Positions 61,401-64,000 of a DNA stretch of 64,000 nt are shown in pieces. The notes beneath the pieces are model-generated. The model saw only the letters and a list, made by a program, of their open reading frames with translations, made no database searches and had not been told where the DNA came from. The DNA is from Obrimoposthia wandeli (lineage: Eukaryota), in the NCBI GenBank assembly GCA_977020255.1, contig CDROCS010003779.1, positions 248,001 to 312,000 of the forward strand, written 5' to 3'. A program made the translations under genes and the position numbers. Within the stretch, counting starts at the first letter, position 1, and each line of letters begins with the position of its first letter.

Positions 61401-64000
61401 GTAATTTTATTTAAGTAACTAGTGTGAGTAGAAAGAGATCATAGGGGTTCTGGTTAACAAAACAACTAAATGCACACCAATGTAATGATATGAGCCATCA
61501 GCAATTTTTTTTAGGAAAACTATCCCAATTTTTTAGCTTAAATCTGAGATTACTCCTGCGTGCAACAACAGTCACTCGAATAAAAATACTCTTTGGCTTT
61601 TCAAATTAGCATCTTTATTGAGTGGATGTAGATAAGGAAATCTTAGGTTTCGTATACAAAAAGATTTATATATCTATAAAGAAAATGTAATTTCTCTCTA
61701 TAATCTAACTAAGGCTTATGATTGAGTACTTTGCATGGTAATCGTTGAGATTGATATTATTGAGAACACATACAAGCTTAACGTGTTTAATAAATAAAGC
61801 GAAACATAGTGGAAATCTGCCTTTATTCGTCTTGTGGAGTCAGTTTAGCAATCCCAACAGTAGGAAGATGGAACTCTACCAATGATTTTGGAAATTTTAC
61901 ATGTTTAAATGCTTTTTGGTAATGATCAAAACTGTGTCAAAACTTACCAAACAGTGAGTTAAAAAATATCTCTCGGATTTGTTGGAATAAGTTATTTATT
62001 ATTATAGAATTTGGTTTGCAGTTTTCATACTAACAATCTCAAATAAAAAAAAATGCTTAAGAATCTTTAGTAGATATTTTTGGAAATTTTATTTTTTAGG
62101 AAACCATGATATATCGGGAGTTATATTTCACTTGATATTTTGAACCCATATTTGAACATGAAAGTGAAGTTATCATAAAAGTTATTATTCACAACTGAAA
62201 TTATTCATTGTTTAATCTTACAAAAATCTTTAACATTTTAACAGAACCCTATGTCAACACCAAGTATAACGATTATTTTTAGATGCATAGATTAAAAGAA
62301 GATGAAGTTAATAATTGTGCTTTAAAATGGAGCAACATTTTTAAAAATAGTTTCAGTAAAAATATACCCGAAAATCTAAATGTTTTTATAAAATTAAACA
62401 AAATAGCTCAATGGGATGTCATGAGTCTTTTCGGTCAGCATAATTGCATTTTCTTCCTCACCATCAGATTGAATATCAGCGTCTGGTGGTAATTAACAAA
62501 ATCAGATTGGAAGTTACAATCAATAGCTTTACCAAGAGCACCTTTAGTATTATCAATTCATGGAAAATTGCCACTACCAAATCAATTAGTCTGAAGTAAT
62601 GTTATCAATGATATTCTAATAATTTCATGGTACTAATTTGGAATTAAAATTGCAGAATAGGCAATCAAATATTTACTAAAATTCATTTGATACCAAACTT
62701 ATATTGTGTATTAATATATAATATATAAACTTATACAAAATAAATATTATATTACATTCTAAGATTTCATGAAATAATTTACTTTAACTACCCGTAAACT
62801 AATCTTCTTTATATTTATTTATTAGAGAGTAAGTAATAAACATTTATACTTTAATATATGCTGACTAAAATGCTCTAAATGTTCTAGAAAATTTAAATCT
62901 CTATTCTAAAAGTTGATGTTTTGAAATCAAAATCTCCATCAACTTCAACTTTTACACATAAACAACATTTAAAACAAATCGTTTTAAATGCCATTTAAAA
63001 ATTAAGTTTCTAGATTTCTGATAATGAAAAATATTCTGTATTAAAATGAGTTTAGGATTTATTTTTCACCTATGTTTTATCTACAAATTCTTCTTGCCAA
63101 CGCTCTTACGTAGTTTCTGTTAATATTATTAATATGAACAACTGACAATTATAGATGCATAGTCCCAATTCGTAAATTTTTATTTGGTTATAAAGAAAGA
63201 TTACGAGCCTAAATATGACATAATACTTAATTTCATATAATAATTAATAATATTTGATTTCATCAATACTTGATTTAGATTCAGACATATTTGAACATGT
63301 GTCTTAATATAAATATGTCCCATACCTTTATCAGCATAGCACATATATTTAATACATTTAAATGTTCGATTTTGTTTTCTATATCACTTTAATATTTTCA
63401 AAGCAACCATAGCGAATCAGAATAACGAAAATTTAATATAGAAACATTAATTTTTATAAGATATTTTATACACTTAGAACTATTTGAAAATTCATCTGTA
63501 TGTTGGGTCTTTAATTAAGGTTAGTTAATTAAATTAAAGTCAATTTAAATTGACATTCTTTAAAATTATCTAAAGTGCCCACAATTAGGGAGGTTTATCA
63601 AATCTCAGCCTCCGACGGGTTGTTAGCCCGTTTCGCCCTGCCGGGCTCGTCAGGAAGGCGGCGGTAAAAAAAGCAGTTTGACAGCAGATTATTTTCCGCC
63701 CAGTCTACCAGCCTAGCAGCAGATCACCAGTCGACATTCGTCCAGTCGGCAACAGTCAGCGGATCCCGGCTACCCACTCTCTCAGTCTATGGATGTGGTC
63801 TACTGACTTCCCAATCCTGACAGACTGTGCCGTGATGTAACAATAACTATCTTCCGCTGACTGTCACCGCTCCTCTCCGCGACATCCTCTCTCACCTTCT
63901 CACAATCCCTCTCGTGCATCTACACACACACACCTATAACCTGTCCCAACTGCAAGTGTGACCAAAACAGCTACAAGTGACCACCATCTCTCCTGATCAT

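Overview
AT-rich eukaryotic (animal) nuclear DNA. The mitochondrial insert uses AAG at conserved Lys sites and AAA at a conserved Asn site, which points to a rhabditophoran flatworm or another genetic-code-9 host. The first 36 kb hold two decayed Polinton/Maverick (adintovirus-like) elements. Element 1 (<1-17688) has about 1-kb gene-containing terminal inverted repeats (TIRs) built from 21-bp, 47-bp and hairpin repeats. Element 2 (24085-36002) has TIRs that are each a ~200-bp hairpin. Both carry rve integrase, packaging ATPase, capsid genes, pPolB, a TBP-like gene with a conserved ~38-nt intron and a shared SSB-like gene family. Element 2 adds a BIR+RING IAP. Element 1 adds a GC-richer block with an exonuclease, two spliced regulator-like genes and, most unusually, a DIRS/hepadna-like RNase H placed UPSTREAM of a reverse transcriptase, with canonical splice sites that could fuse them in frame. 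A ~4.7-kb NUMT lies between the elements. The right half holds 18S and 28S fragments, transposon relics, a complete 5-exon PQ-loop (PQLC2/SLC66A1-like) host gene and traces of a third element. All assignments come from reading motifs by eye; no searches were run, and some boundaries are approximate.
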